The notes under the pieces: model-generated
What the model was told of the DNA's origin: nothing
Seen by the model: the letters and a program-made list of their open reading frames with translations, nothing else
The model's database searches: none
Translations under genes and position numbers: made by a program
Source: Spirochaetia bacterium
Lineage (GTDB): Bacteria > Spirochaetota > Spirochaetia > CAKZLE01
Length of the DNA: 64,000 nt
Assembly: GCA_963677595.1 (NCBI GenBank)
Contig: OY782041.1
Location: 1,216,001 to 1,280,000 of the forward strand
Reading direction: 5' to 3'
Shown: one piece after another, positions 47,914-56,689 of the stretch
How the letters are laid out: every line of letters starts with the position of its first letter
Position numbering within the stretch: the first letter of the stretch is position 1

Positions 47914-50428
47914 CCGTACCTCCCGACGGGAGCTTCTTACCAAGCTCCATGACCTCTTGGACCAAACGTTGGAACAACACGATATCGAAACTCTCAGCAG
48001 CCTGCTGGAGCGTCTTGGCAAACGATATGAGGGAACCTGCATCATGCCGGTCCCCGATAGCGAGCAGGCCAAGCGCGATCTCATGGAAATCCCTGATCCG
48101 GTTGGAATCAAGGGCCTTTGCGCACAGCTCACTGCAGAAGGAGGAGAACTCCACCTGGAGTGCGTCGTTCTCCCTGAGCCCTTTCCCTGCCAGGTTGGCA
48201 ATGATCATCGGGAGGTCGCGTATCCCGGAGTCAGGCTGTCCCACAGGGTCCACCGGGGCAGGTACTTCAGGGGACTCCCCTGCATCGATAGAGGCCAGTC
48301 CCAATCCCACGACCGGGACATCGGGCAGGTCGATCGTGAAGGTGGCACCCTGACCAACGATGCTCTCCAGAGTCACCTGGCCGTTCATCAGCTCGACGAA
48401 CCGCTTCACGATCGCCAGCCCGAGACCGGTACCCCCGTATTTCCTGACATTCTGGTTCTCGGTCTGGATAAAGGGTTCGAAGATCCTCTGCTGCTGCAGC
48501 TCCTCGATCCCGATCCCGGTATCCTGGACTGCGAGCCTGAGGTTCACCGACCCGGGGACAGTCCCCGGTCCCTGTTTCCAGGCTGATATGCTGATCGTAC
48601 CGCTCTCGGTGAACTTGAACGCATTCCCCACGAGGTTCAGCAGGATCTGCCGGACCCTGATCCCGTCAAGGACCAGGAGTTTCGGGAGCTGCGGGTCAAG
48701 GTGGATCTCCATGCCTATCGATTTCCGCTGCTGCTCATACCGATAGAGCTCTTCGATATTCCTGAGCTCCTCACCGAGTTCCACTGGTTCGAGGTGGAGG
48801 GAGACCCCTCCTGCATCCAGCTTCGAGAGGTCGAGGATATCATTGATGATCGTGAGCAGGGTATTGCAGGCTTTCCGGATCGTCTGCAGGTGCTGTTTCT
48901 GCAGCGGGTCGCTGATCTGCTTGTCCAGGATCATGGAGAAGCCGAGTATGGCATTGACCGGTGTCCTGATCTCATGCGACATGTTCGCTATGAACTCGCT
49001 CTTCAGCGCATTCGCCGATTTGAGGAGGCTGTTGCTGCTCAATGCCTCCTGGAGCTCCTTACCCATGTCGACGATCTGGGCAGCCGTCTCATTGAGCTCC
49101 TCGACCTGGAACCCTACCTGTTTCTGGTCATAGTATCCCTCACCGACCTTCCTGAGCATGAGGTTCATGGCTTTGAGGGGTTCGGCTATGCGGCTGCTGA
49201 ACCGCCTTGCCAGGATCGTGATCAGGATGAAGATGAGGAGGAGGCTGATCCCCAGCCCAAGCCCGAACAGGAGCCCGATCCTCACCATCCGTGCAGCCAG
49301 CGTCTGTGAGATCATGAAGATCTCATCCTTCGGCACGAAGATGACCAGCTTCCAGCCGGTACCCTCGATCGAGGACCAGGCTGCCACCTGCTCACGTTCG
49401 CCGAGGGTGAGTTCCGTATAGCCGTTCTCCCTGCTCCGTATCGCATCCGCGAGCCCTGCGGTATCAGCCCGGTTGTTTATGTTGAACTGCTCGGGCTTGA
49501 AGGTATCCTGGAAGATCGCCTCCGAATAGGCATGTGTGGTCATCTCATCAAGGCCGAAATCGACCTCGCCCTGGCGGGGCATCGCCATGATGGTCCCGTC
49601 CTTACTCAGGAGGATGCCATAGCCGTTCCAGGGGATGTCCATCTGAAGGATCTCGTTCGCGATGGTGTCGACCGTCACATCGATACCGACGACCCCCTCG
49701 AGGAACTCATCCCGGTAGACCGGGGCGATCGAGGATGCCATCCAGCCGTGCCCTGCAGGATCGAGGTAGACATCAGTCCATACCGTCTCCCTTCCGGGGT
49801 TGTACTCGGCATCCGCCTCATAATAGAAATTGTAAGACGGTATATCGATATCATTCGGGTACTGGCTGGCCGTATCAAAATAGGGATAGATGATATTCAG
49901 GGAATCGAAGGTATTGAAATAGATCGAGACAGCCAGGGGAGTACTGGCCAGGATATCCTTCATTGATGCCTCGGAAGCGAAGAGGGAGGCAAGTTTTGAC
50001 AGCTCAGCATCCCTAAGCGGGGTCAGATTGCTGTAGATGACTGCCATACCGCCTGAGGGTTTGTCTGATGTGGTGACATACGCCCCTTCCTCACTGTAGC
50101 CGAGCCTCGCCGCATCCTCAGGCAAAAACCCGGTCCCCGACTCAAGGGCCCTGCCGGTCTCAAGCCGATAGAGCTCCGTGGCATTCTCGATACTCTCGAG
50201 CTGCTTCTCCACGGTTGCGGACTCCTGTATCGTCAGGTTGGTAAGGTTCGTCCGGGCATCCGCTGCAAGGTAGGTCTCAGTCTCCCTGATCTGCCAACGG
50301 TTGGTCAGCACGAAGAAGAGGATGAACATGACGGCTATGATACCAAGGGGGACCAGAATCGTCTTCAGGTAGGAACGGATGATCCAGTCATAGAGTTTTA
50401 CCCTGCCCCTTCCCGGGATCTCACTCAT
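47906..50428 (-). CDS. Cache-domain sensor histidine kinase
   Basis: 2 TM, Cache (WTDVYLDPAGHGW..GVVGIDV), HAMP, FIANMSHEIRTP, QILLNLVGNAFKFT, DTGIGI, GTGLGL. Confidence 0.92.
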   Translation of the reverse strand: MSEIPGRGRVKLYDWIIRSYLKTILVPLGIIAVMFILFFVLTNRWQIRETETYLAADARTNLTNLTIQESATVEKQLESIENATELYRLETGRALESGTGFLPEDAARLGYSEEGAYVTTSDKPSGGMAVIYSNLTPLRDAELSKLASLFASEASMKDILASTPLAVSIYFNTFDSLNIIYPYFDTASQYPNDIDIPSYNFYYEADAEYNPGRETVWTDVYLDPAGHGWMASSIAPVYRDEFLEGVVGIDVTVDTIANEILQMDIPWNGYGILLSKDGTIMAMPRQGEVDFGLDEMTTHAYSEAIFQDTFKPEQFNINNRADTAGLADAIRSRENGYTELTLGEREQVAAWSSIEGTGWKLVIFVPKDEIFMISQTLAARMVRIGLLFGLGLGISLLLIFILITILARRFSSRIAEPLKAMNLMLRKVGEGYYDQKQVGFQVEELNETAAQIVDMGKELQEALSSNSLLKSANALKSEFIANMSHEIRTPVNAILGFSMILDKQISDPLQKQHLQTIRKACNTLLTIINDILDLSKLDAGGVSLHLEPVELGEELRNIEELYRYEQQRKSIGMEIHLDPQLPKLLVLDGIRVRQILLNLVGNAFKFTESGTISISAWKQGPGTVPGSVNLRLAVQDTGIGIEELQQQRIFEPFIQTENQNVRKYGGTGLGLAIVKRFVELMNGQVTLESIVGQGATFTIDLPDVPVVGLGLASIDAGESPEVPAPVDPVGQPDSGIRDLPMIIANLAGKGLRENDALQVEFSSFCSELCAKALDSNRIRDFHEIALGLLAIGDRHDAGSLISFAKTLQQAAESFDIVLFQRLVQEVMELGKKLPSGGTDG

Positions 50429-50678
50429 AATATAATCCTCTGCTTCTCAAGGAGACCGGAGGAGTCACGTGCCGTGGGTACGTTCAAGGATCATCGCAGG
50501 AAGTGCAGGCGAACCAGGCATTCGGTCTCTTATAAGATTTATTTGGCGTCATGCCGCCTCTAGTATATGTGACTATACCGAAAAATAACAGCCCAGGCAG
50601 GTGCTGTCAAGGTCAAAACCCTACGACAGGATGTATCAAAATCTACAGCCCACCGGCAGCATCCCCTCCATCAAAGGG

Positions 50679-50717
50679 TTGACATATATTTTACACTATT
50701 ATATTTTGCACAATATA
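50679..50717 (+). promoter_or_regulatory. Promoter with candidate OhrR operator
   Basis: TTGACA-17-TATTTT; AT-rich imperfect palindrome TATATTTTGCACAATATA (50700-50717) with a similar repeat just upstream. Confidence 0.6.
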
Positions 50718-50744
50718 ACAATCATGATAACAGGTGGTATATCA

Positions 50745-51224
50745 ATGATAACTTCGTTCTATGATCTACAGGCAGAGAAGAATACAGGAGAGCCCTTCCC
50801 ATTTAGCGACCTCAAGGGGAGCCCCGTGCTCATCGTCAATACCGCAAGCAAGTGCGGCTTCACCCCCCAATACGAGGGTCTCGAGCAGCTTTACAAAGAG
50901 TTTGGACCTAAGGGACTTGTGATCATCGCATTCCCCAGTGACCAGTTCGCCCATCAGGAACCGGGCAGCGATGAGGAGATCGAAGCATTCTGCAGGATGA
51001 ACTACGGGGTCTCCTTCCCGATCATGGCAAAGACCCTGGTAAATGGGAACGAGACACACCCGGTATTCGTGTGGCTCAAGAAACAGGCCCCCGGTGTTCT
51101 TGGCAGCATGATCAAGTGGAATTTCACGAAGTTCCTGGTCAGCAGTGACGGCATGCGTGTCACCCGTTTCGCTCCCACGGTAAAACCGATACAGCTGAGA
51201 GATGCAATTGAGAGATTGCTATGA
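50745..51224 (+). CDS. Cys-type glutathione peroxidase family protein
   Basis: VNTASKCGFTPQY, FPSDQFAHQEPG, IKWNFTKFLV. Confidence 0.95.
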   Translation: MITSFYDLQAEKNTGEPFPFSDLKGSPVLIVNTASKCGFTPQYEGLEQLYKEFGPKGLVIIAFPSDQFAHQEPGSDEEIEAFCRMNYGVSFPIMAKTLVNGNETHPVFVWLKKQAPGVLGSMIKWNFTKFLVSSDGMRVTRFAPTVKPIQLRDAIERLL

Positions 51225-51742
51225 GTGCCGAGAACGCTTCCACCAGGACAGAGGAGGCCCTGCTGCTCAGCAATCAGATCTGCTTTCGGGTCTACTCGCT
51301 TGAGCGGGCGATCACCGCAGCCTACAAGCCGCTGCTTCAGGATCTCGGTCTCACCTACCCGCAGTATCTTGTGATGCTGCTGCTGTGGGAATATGAGAGG
51401 GAAGTGGAGCAGGTGACCACCGTGGGGAGGCTCTGCGAAGCCCTCTCCCTCGATACGGGGACCGTATCCCCGCTCCTCAAACGCATGGCTTCCCGCGGCC
51501 TCCTTACCAGGCGCCGCCTGAAAGAAGACGAACGCACGGTCGTCATCTCACTCACTGCAGCAGGAAGGGCATTGAAACAACAGGCCCTTGATGTCCCCGG
51601 GAAACTTGCACAGTGCCTGTTCGCACATGACGGGACATTCGACGCTGAGCGCTACCTGCACCTCAAAAGTATACTTGATGAAGCCCTCAGCACCCTGAAA
51701 GAGAGCTGCCAACCTCCTGGCAGCTCAGGAGCTGCGCTGTAG
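51221..51742 (+). CDS. OhrR-like MarR regulator
   Basis: NQICF.VY redox Cys, Y.PLL..LGLTYPQYLVM, LDTGT.SPLLKR, DER. Confidence 0.88.
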   Translation: MSAENASTRTEEALLLSNQICFRVYSLERAITAAYKPLLQDLGLTYPQYLVMLLLWEYEREVEQVTTVGRLCEALSLDTGTVSPLLKRMASRGLLTRRRLKEDERTVVISLTAAGRALKQQALDVPGKLAQCLFAHDGTFDAERYLHLKSILDEALSTLKESCQPPGSSGAAL

Positions 51743-51744
51743 AG

Positions 51745-51766
51745 CCGCAGGCGGCGCCGCCTGCGG
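51745..51766. terminator. GC-rich perfect palindrome after the OhrR-like gene
   Basis: CCGCAGGCGGCGCCGCCTGCGG (22 bp); no clear T-tail. Confidence 0.5.
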
Positions 51767-51868
51767 GCCTCTGCTCCCAGCATCCGTACCCGAAACACTT
51801 CATAATGTATTGAAAAATATACTTAACATTCATTTACACATTTTCATGATGCATGGTATACTTGTCCT

Positions 51869-52849
51869 ATGGAAGATTTCACAGTTTTAGACCTCCTCGA
51901 TCTGGATCTGAAAGAGAATAATGTTCTTAACCTGAAATGCATCGGGGGACGCCCAGGGTTATCCCGTACAATAACGACCTCCAAGGTCAACAGGCCGGGT
52001 CTTACCCTGAGCGGGTTCTTCGAGGAGTTCTCGTATAACAGCATCCAGCTCTTCGGCAAGGGGGAGCAGGCATACCTGAAGAAACTCGAGAGCCAGGACA
52101 ACTATGACACGATCCAGCGTATGTTCTCATTCCCGGTACCGACCTGCATCTTCTGTGAGGACGAGACCCCGAGCGAGAAGTTCATCCAGATCGCCGAGAC
52201 TTCCGGCTGCCCGATCCTGAAGACAGCCCTCGCCTCAGGCGAGTTCGCCCTGCGGCTCTACCAGACTCTTGATGATGTCTTCTCCCCGAAACAGACCATC
52301 CACGGGGTTCTCGTGGAGGTGTTCGGCGTCGGGGTCCTCATCGCAGGGGACAGCGGGGTCGGGAAGAGCGAGACAGCCCTGGAGCTGATCGAGCGCGGCC
52401 ATCGTCTCATCAGCGATGACACGGTCAAACTCAGCTGCGTCAACGGCAACATCCTCATCGGTACCGGTGAGAACGAGTTCCTCGCTCACCATATGGAGAT
52501 ACGCGGCCTCGGGATCGTCAATGTGGCGAACCTCTTCGGGGTCCGGGCCATCAGGGACAAGAAGCGGGTCCAGCTCTTCGCACAGCTTGAGGAGTGGGAT
52601 TCCAACAAGGCTTATGACCGGGTGGGGGGCGACCTCACGACTGACATCCTCGGGGTGACCATCCCGAAACTGGAGATACCGGTGAAGCCGGGAAGGAACA
52701 TCCCGATCATCATAGAGACCGCGGCGATGAATGAACGGCTCAAGAAGCTGGGTTACTCTTCATCCCATGAGTTCAACAAGAATGTGCTGAAGTGGCTGGA
52801 GAGTGAGTCAGCCAGGGACCTATATTACAACAACGAGGATACATTTTAG
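51869..52849 (+). CDS. hprK: HPr kinase/phosphorylase
   Basis: RPGL.L.GFF, HGVLVEVFGVGVLI.GDSGVGKSETALELIERGHRL.SDD, MEIRGLGI, PVKPGRN. Confidence 0.97.
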   Translation: MEDFTVLDLLDLDLKENNVLNLKCIGGRPGLSRTITTSKVNRPGLTLSGFFEEFSYNSIQLFGKGEQAYLKKLESQDNYDTIQRMFSFPVPTCIFCEDETPSEKFIQIAETSGCPILKTALASGEFALRLYQTLDDVFSPKQTIHGVLVEVFGVGVLIAGDSGVGKSETALELIERGHRLISDDTVKLSCVNGNILIGTGENEFLAHHMEIRGLGIVNVANLFGVRAIRDKKRVQLFAQLEEWDSNKAYDRVGGDLTTDILGVTIPKLEIPVKPGRNIPIIIETAAMNERLKKLGYSSSHEFNKNVLKWLESESARDLYYNNEDTF

Positions 52850-52852
52850 GAT

Positions 52853-53116
52853 ATGGTAGAGAAGATCGTTACGGTAAAACACCGGGCCGGGATACATGCA
52901 CGGCCAGCCGCGCTGATCGTGAAGACAGCGAACCAGTTCGCATCCGATTTCTTCATCGAGAAGGATACCATGAGGATCAATGGGAAATCCATCATGGGTA
53001 TCATCACCCTCGGGGCAAGCTACAAGACCGAGCTGAAGATCATGTGCGAGGGTGCTGATGAAGCAGAAGCTGCGAACGCTATCGAACAGCTATTCCTCAA
53101 CAGGTTCGAGGAATAG
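52853..53116 (+). CDS. ptsH: Phosphocarrier HPr
   Basis: GIHARPAA (His15), NGKSIMG (Ser46), EGADE. Confidence 0.95.
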   Translation: MVEKIVTVKHRAGIHARPAALIVKTANQFASDFFIEKDTMRINGKSIMGIITLGASYKTELKIMCEGADEAEAANAIEQLFLNRFEE

Positions 53117-53164
53117 GCTGGAGCACCGAATGATGCCTGTCAGGCATCAAGGACGGGAAAGAAC

Positions 53165-53773
53165 ATGAAAGGATTGACCAACCGGCAGACTGAGGTCATC
53201 AAGTTTATTCAGGAATTCATCATGGAGAACACCTATCCCCCGACGATTCGGGAGATAGCCTCCGAGTTCGACATCTCAGTGAAAGCCGCCTTCGACCACA
53301 TCAAGGCACTCGAGAAGAAGGGGATGCTCAAGAGCGGGAGCAACAAGTCACGCTCCCTCGAGATCATCGACAACCACTACAGCCCCAGCGTCGAGATGGT
53401 ACAGGTGCCGCTGCTCGGCAATGTCGCTGCGGGCTTGCCGCTGCTTGCCGAGGAGAACCTCGAGAGCACCCTCCCCTTCGCCGAGGAGGTGCTCGGGTCA
53501 GGCCAGTTCTTCGCACTCCATGTCCATGGCGACAGCATGATCGAGGCGGGGATCCGTGATGGGGACATCGCGATCATCCGGCAGGTCCAGGATGCTTCCA
53601 ACGGGGAGATCGTGGTTGCCAGGATCGCGGACGAGGCTGTCACCCTCAAGCGGTACTACCGTGAGAAGAACCGTGTCCGGCTACAGCCAGAGAACCCGGC
53701 ATACCAGCCGATCTTCACCCAGGACATGCGGATCCTCGGGAAGCTCCATATGATCGTGCGTAACTATGAATAG
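53165..53773 (+). CDS. lexA: SOS repressor LexA
   Basis: LT.RQ, PPTIREI, VAAG.P cleavage site, GDSM, TLKR. Confidence 0.96.
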   Translation: MKGLTNRQTEVIKFIQEFIMENTYPPTIREIASEFDISVKAAFDHIKALEKKGMLKSGSNKSRSLEIIDNHYSPSVEMVQVPLLGNVAAGLPLLAEENLESTLPFAEEVLGSGQFFALHVHGDSMIEAGIRDGDIAIIRQVQDASNGEIVVARIADEAVTLKRYYREKNRVRLQPENPAYQPIFTQDMRILGKLHMIVRNYE

Positions 53774-54833
53774 ACCAGAACCTGCCTACCTGCTCCTTGG
53801 ACCGGAATCAGGGAATAAATCACAGAGGATCAAGGAGATCAGGAGACTCTGCCATGAGCTGAACGGCGGCGAGGAGGCAGAACTCCACCGCTTCTACCCA
53901 TTCGAGACGGAGAACGGCGAGATCCTCGCCTCCCTCCAGAACGCCTCGCTCTTCTCTCCTCACCGACTGGTCATCCTCGCAGAGGCAGAGAACCTCAAGG
54001 CGGCACAGGCCCAGATGATCGCCGCCTACCTCAAGAACCCCTCCGATACGGCCACGCTCATCATCGTCAGTGCCCAGAACAGCGTACACCAGTCCCTGAT
54101 GAAGGCAGTGCCTGCAAAACAGCGGGAGATGTTCTGGGAGCTCTTCGACAACCAGAAGAACGACTGGATCAGGAACTACTTCAGGGCCAGGGGCATCAGG
54201 ATCACACAGGATGCCGTAGACCTCCTGCTTTCCATGATAGAGAACAACACACAGGACCTCAAGGTCGTATGCCAGCAGCTCGCTTCCCACCTCTCGACGA
54301 TGCGGGAGGAGCAGGGACTCCAGGAACAGATAGAGGTTACCGAGGACGAGATCGAGCAGTATATCTACCACAGCAAGACGGAGAGCGTCTTCACCCTCTT
54401 CGAGAAGATCGCGGCTAGGGACCTGGAAGCGACCCTCGACATCCTCAAGGCTTTGGAACTCAGCAGGGAAGCTGACCCCATCCAGCTCTTCGGCGGCATG
54501 CTGTGGCAGTTCAGGAGACTCTACTCCTTCATGTCGCTCATTGATGAGGGGGAATCAGAGACCGTCGCATTCAGCAAGGCGACCGTGCTGGGGAAGGCTG
54601 CCGCCATCCGCGGCAAGCACAACCAGAGGATCTACCGCCAGGCTTCCGGGAACTTCACCCTCATCGATATCCAGAACATCATATCCCATATCTGCACCAT
54701 CGATGCCGAGACACGGGAGATGGGCAGCACCCTGCAGCCCATCCTCTTCGAACGGCTGCTGCACACCATCATCTGCCGAGCCGGCGTCCCCGTGACCAGT
54801 GAGGAGTTTCTGCGCTCTCTTGTGACCCTATAG
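53766..54833 (+). CDS. holA: DNA polymerase III delta subunit
   Basis: YLLLGPE.G.K, SLFS..RLVI, VF.LF..I; follows lexA as in other spirochaetes. Confidence 0.8.
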   Translation: MNRPEPAYLLLGPESGNKSQRIKEIRRLCHELNGGEEAELHRFYPFETENGEILASLQNASLFSPHRLVILAEAENLKAAQAQMIAAYLKNPSDTATLIIVSAQNSVHQSLMKAVPAKQREMFWELFDNQKNDWIRNYFRARGIRITQDAVDLLLSMIENNTQDLKVVCQQLASHLSTMREEQGLQEQIEVTEDEIEQYIYHSKTESVFTLFEKIAARDLEATLDILKALELSREADPIQLFGGMLWQFRRLYSFMSLIDEGESETVAFSKATVLGKAAAIRGKHNQRIYRQASGNFTLIDIQNIISHICTIDAETREMGSTLQPILFERLLHTIICRAGVPVTSEEFLRSLVTL

Positions 54834-56597
54834 CTGCTGTTTTATCGTCCGAACCAGCTCAACAGGCAGTGAACACCGTTTAGCGATGACCACCTCGTCT
54901 TCCATCTTCAGCGCCTCGATCGAGCCGAATTCCTGCATGATCCGCTTCGACCGTACCGGTCCGATGCCGGGTATCGACTCGAGGAGGGAGAACTTCGAGT
55001 CCTGTTCCCGCTTCTTCTGGTTCAGGGAGGTAGCGAAGCGATGGGTCTCATCCCGGACAGCCTGCAGCACTCGCAGGGCCTCGTGACCTTCAGGCAGCCG
55101 GATCGGTTCGGGCTGGTCATACCGGTGGATCTCCTCGAACTCTTTCGCAAGGCCAATGACCGGTATATGGTCGAGGCCGAGGGTCTGGAGGATCTCGCTC
55201 GCCGCATTGACCTGCCCCCTGCCCCCGTCGATCATGATGAGGTCTGGCTGCTCAAGCCCCTCATTCACCACCCGGGTATACCGCCTGGCTACCGCCTCGC
55301 GGATCGCCTCATAATCATCGATAGCACCATGGAGGCTCTTCAGGTGGAAGCGCCGGTACTGTTTCCTGTCAGGGACCCCTTCGTAGAAGGAGATGAGGGA
55401 GGCTACGGGGTACTTCCCGTGGAGCTGCGCGATATCGAAGCCCTCGATCCTCTTGGGGAGGGAAGGAAGCCCCAGGACCTGCTGCAACTCGATGAGTCCC
55501 TCGATGTTCTTCAGGCCGCGCTTCCTCCTCGTGACATCCTGCCTGGCGTTCTCGAGTGCCATCCTGATGATCTTGACGTGCTTCCCCTGTTTCGGGGTAT
55601 GGATCCTGACACTCTTGTTCAGCTCCCTGCTGAAATAGTCCTGGAGCAGCTCCCTGTCGACCTCATGGGATACATAGAGTTCCCTCGGGACCGTCTCCTC
55701 CTCGGTGTAGTACTGCATGATGAAGGAGTTCAGGGTCTGCCCCTCATCGGCGGATGACTCGGAGCGGATCATCTCCCTGCCGAGGAGTTTCCCCTCGACC
55801 ATCTGGAAGAGGGAGATGGAACAGAGCTGGTCGGTCATGACGCAGGCCGCATAATCCCGGTGGGCAAGGCTGAAGTCCTGGACCTTCTGCTGGGTATGCA
55901 CCGACTCGATCGCGGCGATTGTGTCCCGCACCTCGGCAGCCCGTTCGAAGGCGAGGTCAGCCGAGGCCTGCCGCATCTCCCCCTGCAGCCGTTTGAGCAG
56001 GTCCCCGGTCTTCCCCGAGAGGAACTCCTTCACCCGGTCCACCTGCTGCCGGTACTCCTCCTTCGAGATCTTCCCGGCACAGGGTGCGCTGCACTTCCCG
56101 ATATGGTAGTAGAGACAGGGGCTGTACCGCTTCTTCAGAGGTCCCCGGCATTTCCGCAGGGGAAAGAGCTTATCGATGAGCTCGAGGCAGGTGTCGAGCT
56201 TCCCGACATCCGCATAGGGACCGAAGTAGGTAGAACCATCCTTCACGACCCTCCGTGTCCGGAATATCCTGGGGTAATCCTCATTGGTGATGCGGATGAC
56301 GGGGAAGGTCTTGCCGTCCTTGAGGGAGATGTTGTACTTCGGGGTCCACCGCTTGATCAGGTTGTTCTCGAGGATGAGCGCCTCATACTCGTTGCTCGTG
56401 ATGATGTACTCGATATCTTCGATGTGGTTCACGAGCATCCTGGTCTTCAAGTCCCGGTTCTTCAGGAAATAGGAGGAGACGCGCTTCCGTAAGTCCTTCG
56501 CCTTCCCGACATAGATGATTTCGGCATTGCTGTCCTTCATCAGGTAGACGCCCGGGTTGTGGGGGATCTCTTTCACGATTCGGTCCAATCGGCTCAT
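54828..56597 (-). CDS. uvrC: Excinuclease ABC subunit C
   Basis: PGVYLM...IIYVGKAKDLRKRV.SYF, EALILE.NLIK, RIEGFDI, DGG.GQ, RDETHRFA, HhH IPGIG. Confidence 0.97.
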   Translation of the reverse strand: MSRLDRIVKEIPHNPGVYLMKDSNAEIIYVGKAKDLRKRVSSYFLKNRDLKTRMLVNHIEDIEYIITSNEYEALILENNLIKRWTPKYNISLKDGKTFPVIRITNEDYPRIFRTRRVVKDGSTYFGPYADVGKLDTCLELIDKLFPLRKCRGPLKKRYSPCLYYHIGKCSAPCAGKISKEEYRQQVDRVKEFLSGKTGDLLKRLQGEMRQASADLAFERAAEVRDTIAAIESVHTQQKVQDFSLAHRDYAACVMTDQLCSISLFQMVEGKLLGREMIRSESSADEGQTLNSFIMQYYTEEETVPRELYVSHEVDRELLQDYFSRELNKSVRIHTPKQGKHVKIIRMALENARQDVTRRKRGLKNIEGLIELQQVLGLPSLPKRIEGFDIAQLHGKYPVASLISFYEGVPDRKQYRRFHLKSLHGAIDDYEAIREAVARRYTRVVNEGLEQPDLIMIDGGRGQVNAASEILQTLGLDHIPVIGLAKEFEEIHRYDQPEPIRLPEGHEALRVLQAVRDETHRFATSLNQKKREQDSKFSLLESIPGIGPVRSKRIMQEFGSIEALKMEDEVVIAKRCSLPVELVRTIKQQL

Positions 56598-56689
56598 AGC
56601 CATACTATACTCGAATCAGGGGCCCTTTCCAATATCTTCCCTTGAAAACAGGACGAACAACCAATACAATCTCAAACGAGGAGCAGAAC

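Noticed and set aside
42740-50428. Integrated island at tRNA-Cys
   Set aside because: No integrase, no duplicated tRNA 3' end seen, and the housekeeping gene hom follows directly.
50745-51224. Selenocysteine in the peroxidase
   Set aside because: The active-site codon is TGC (Cys), with no in-frame TGA.
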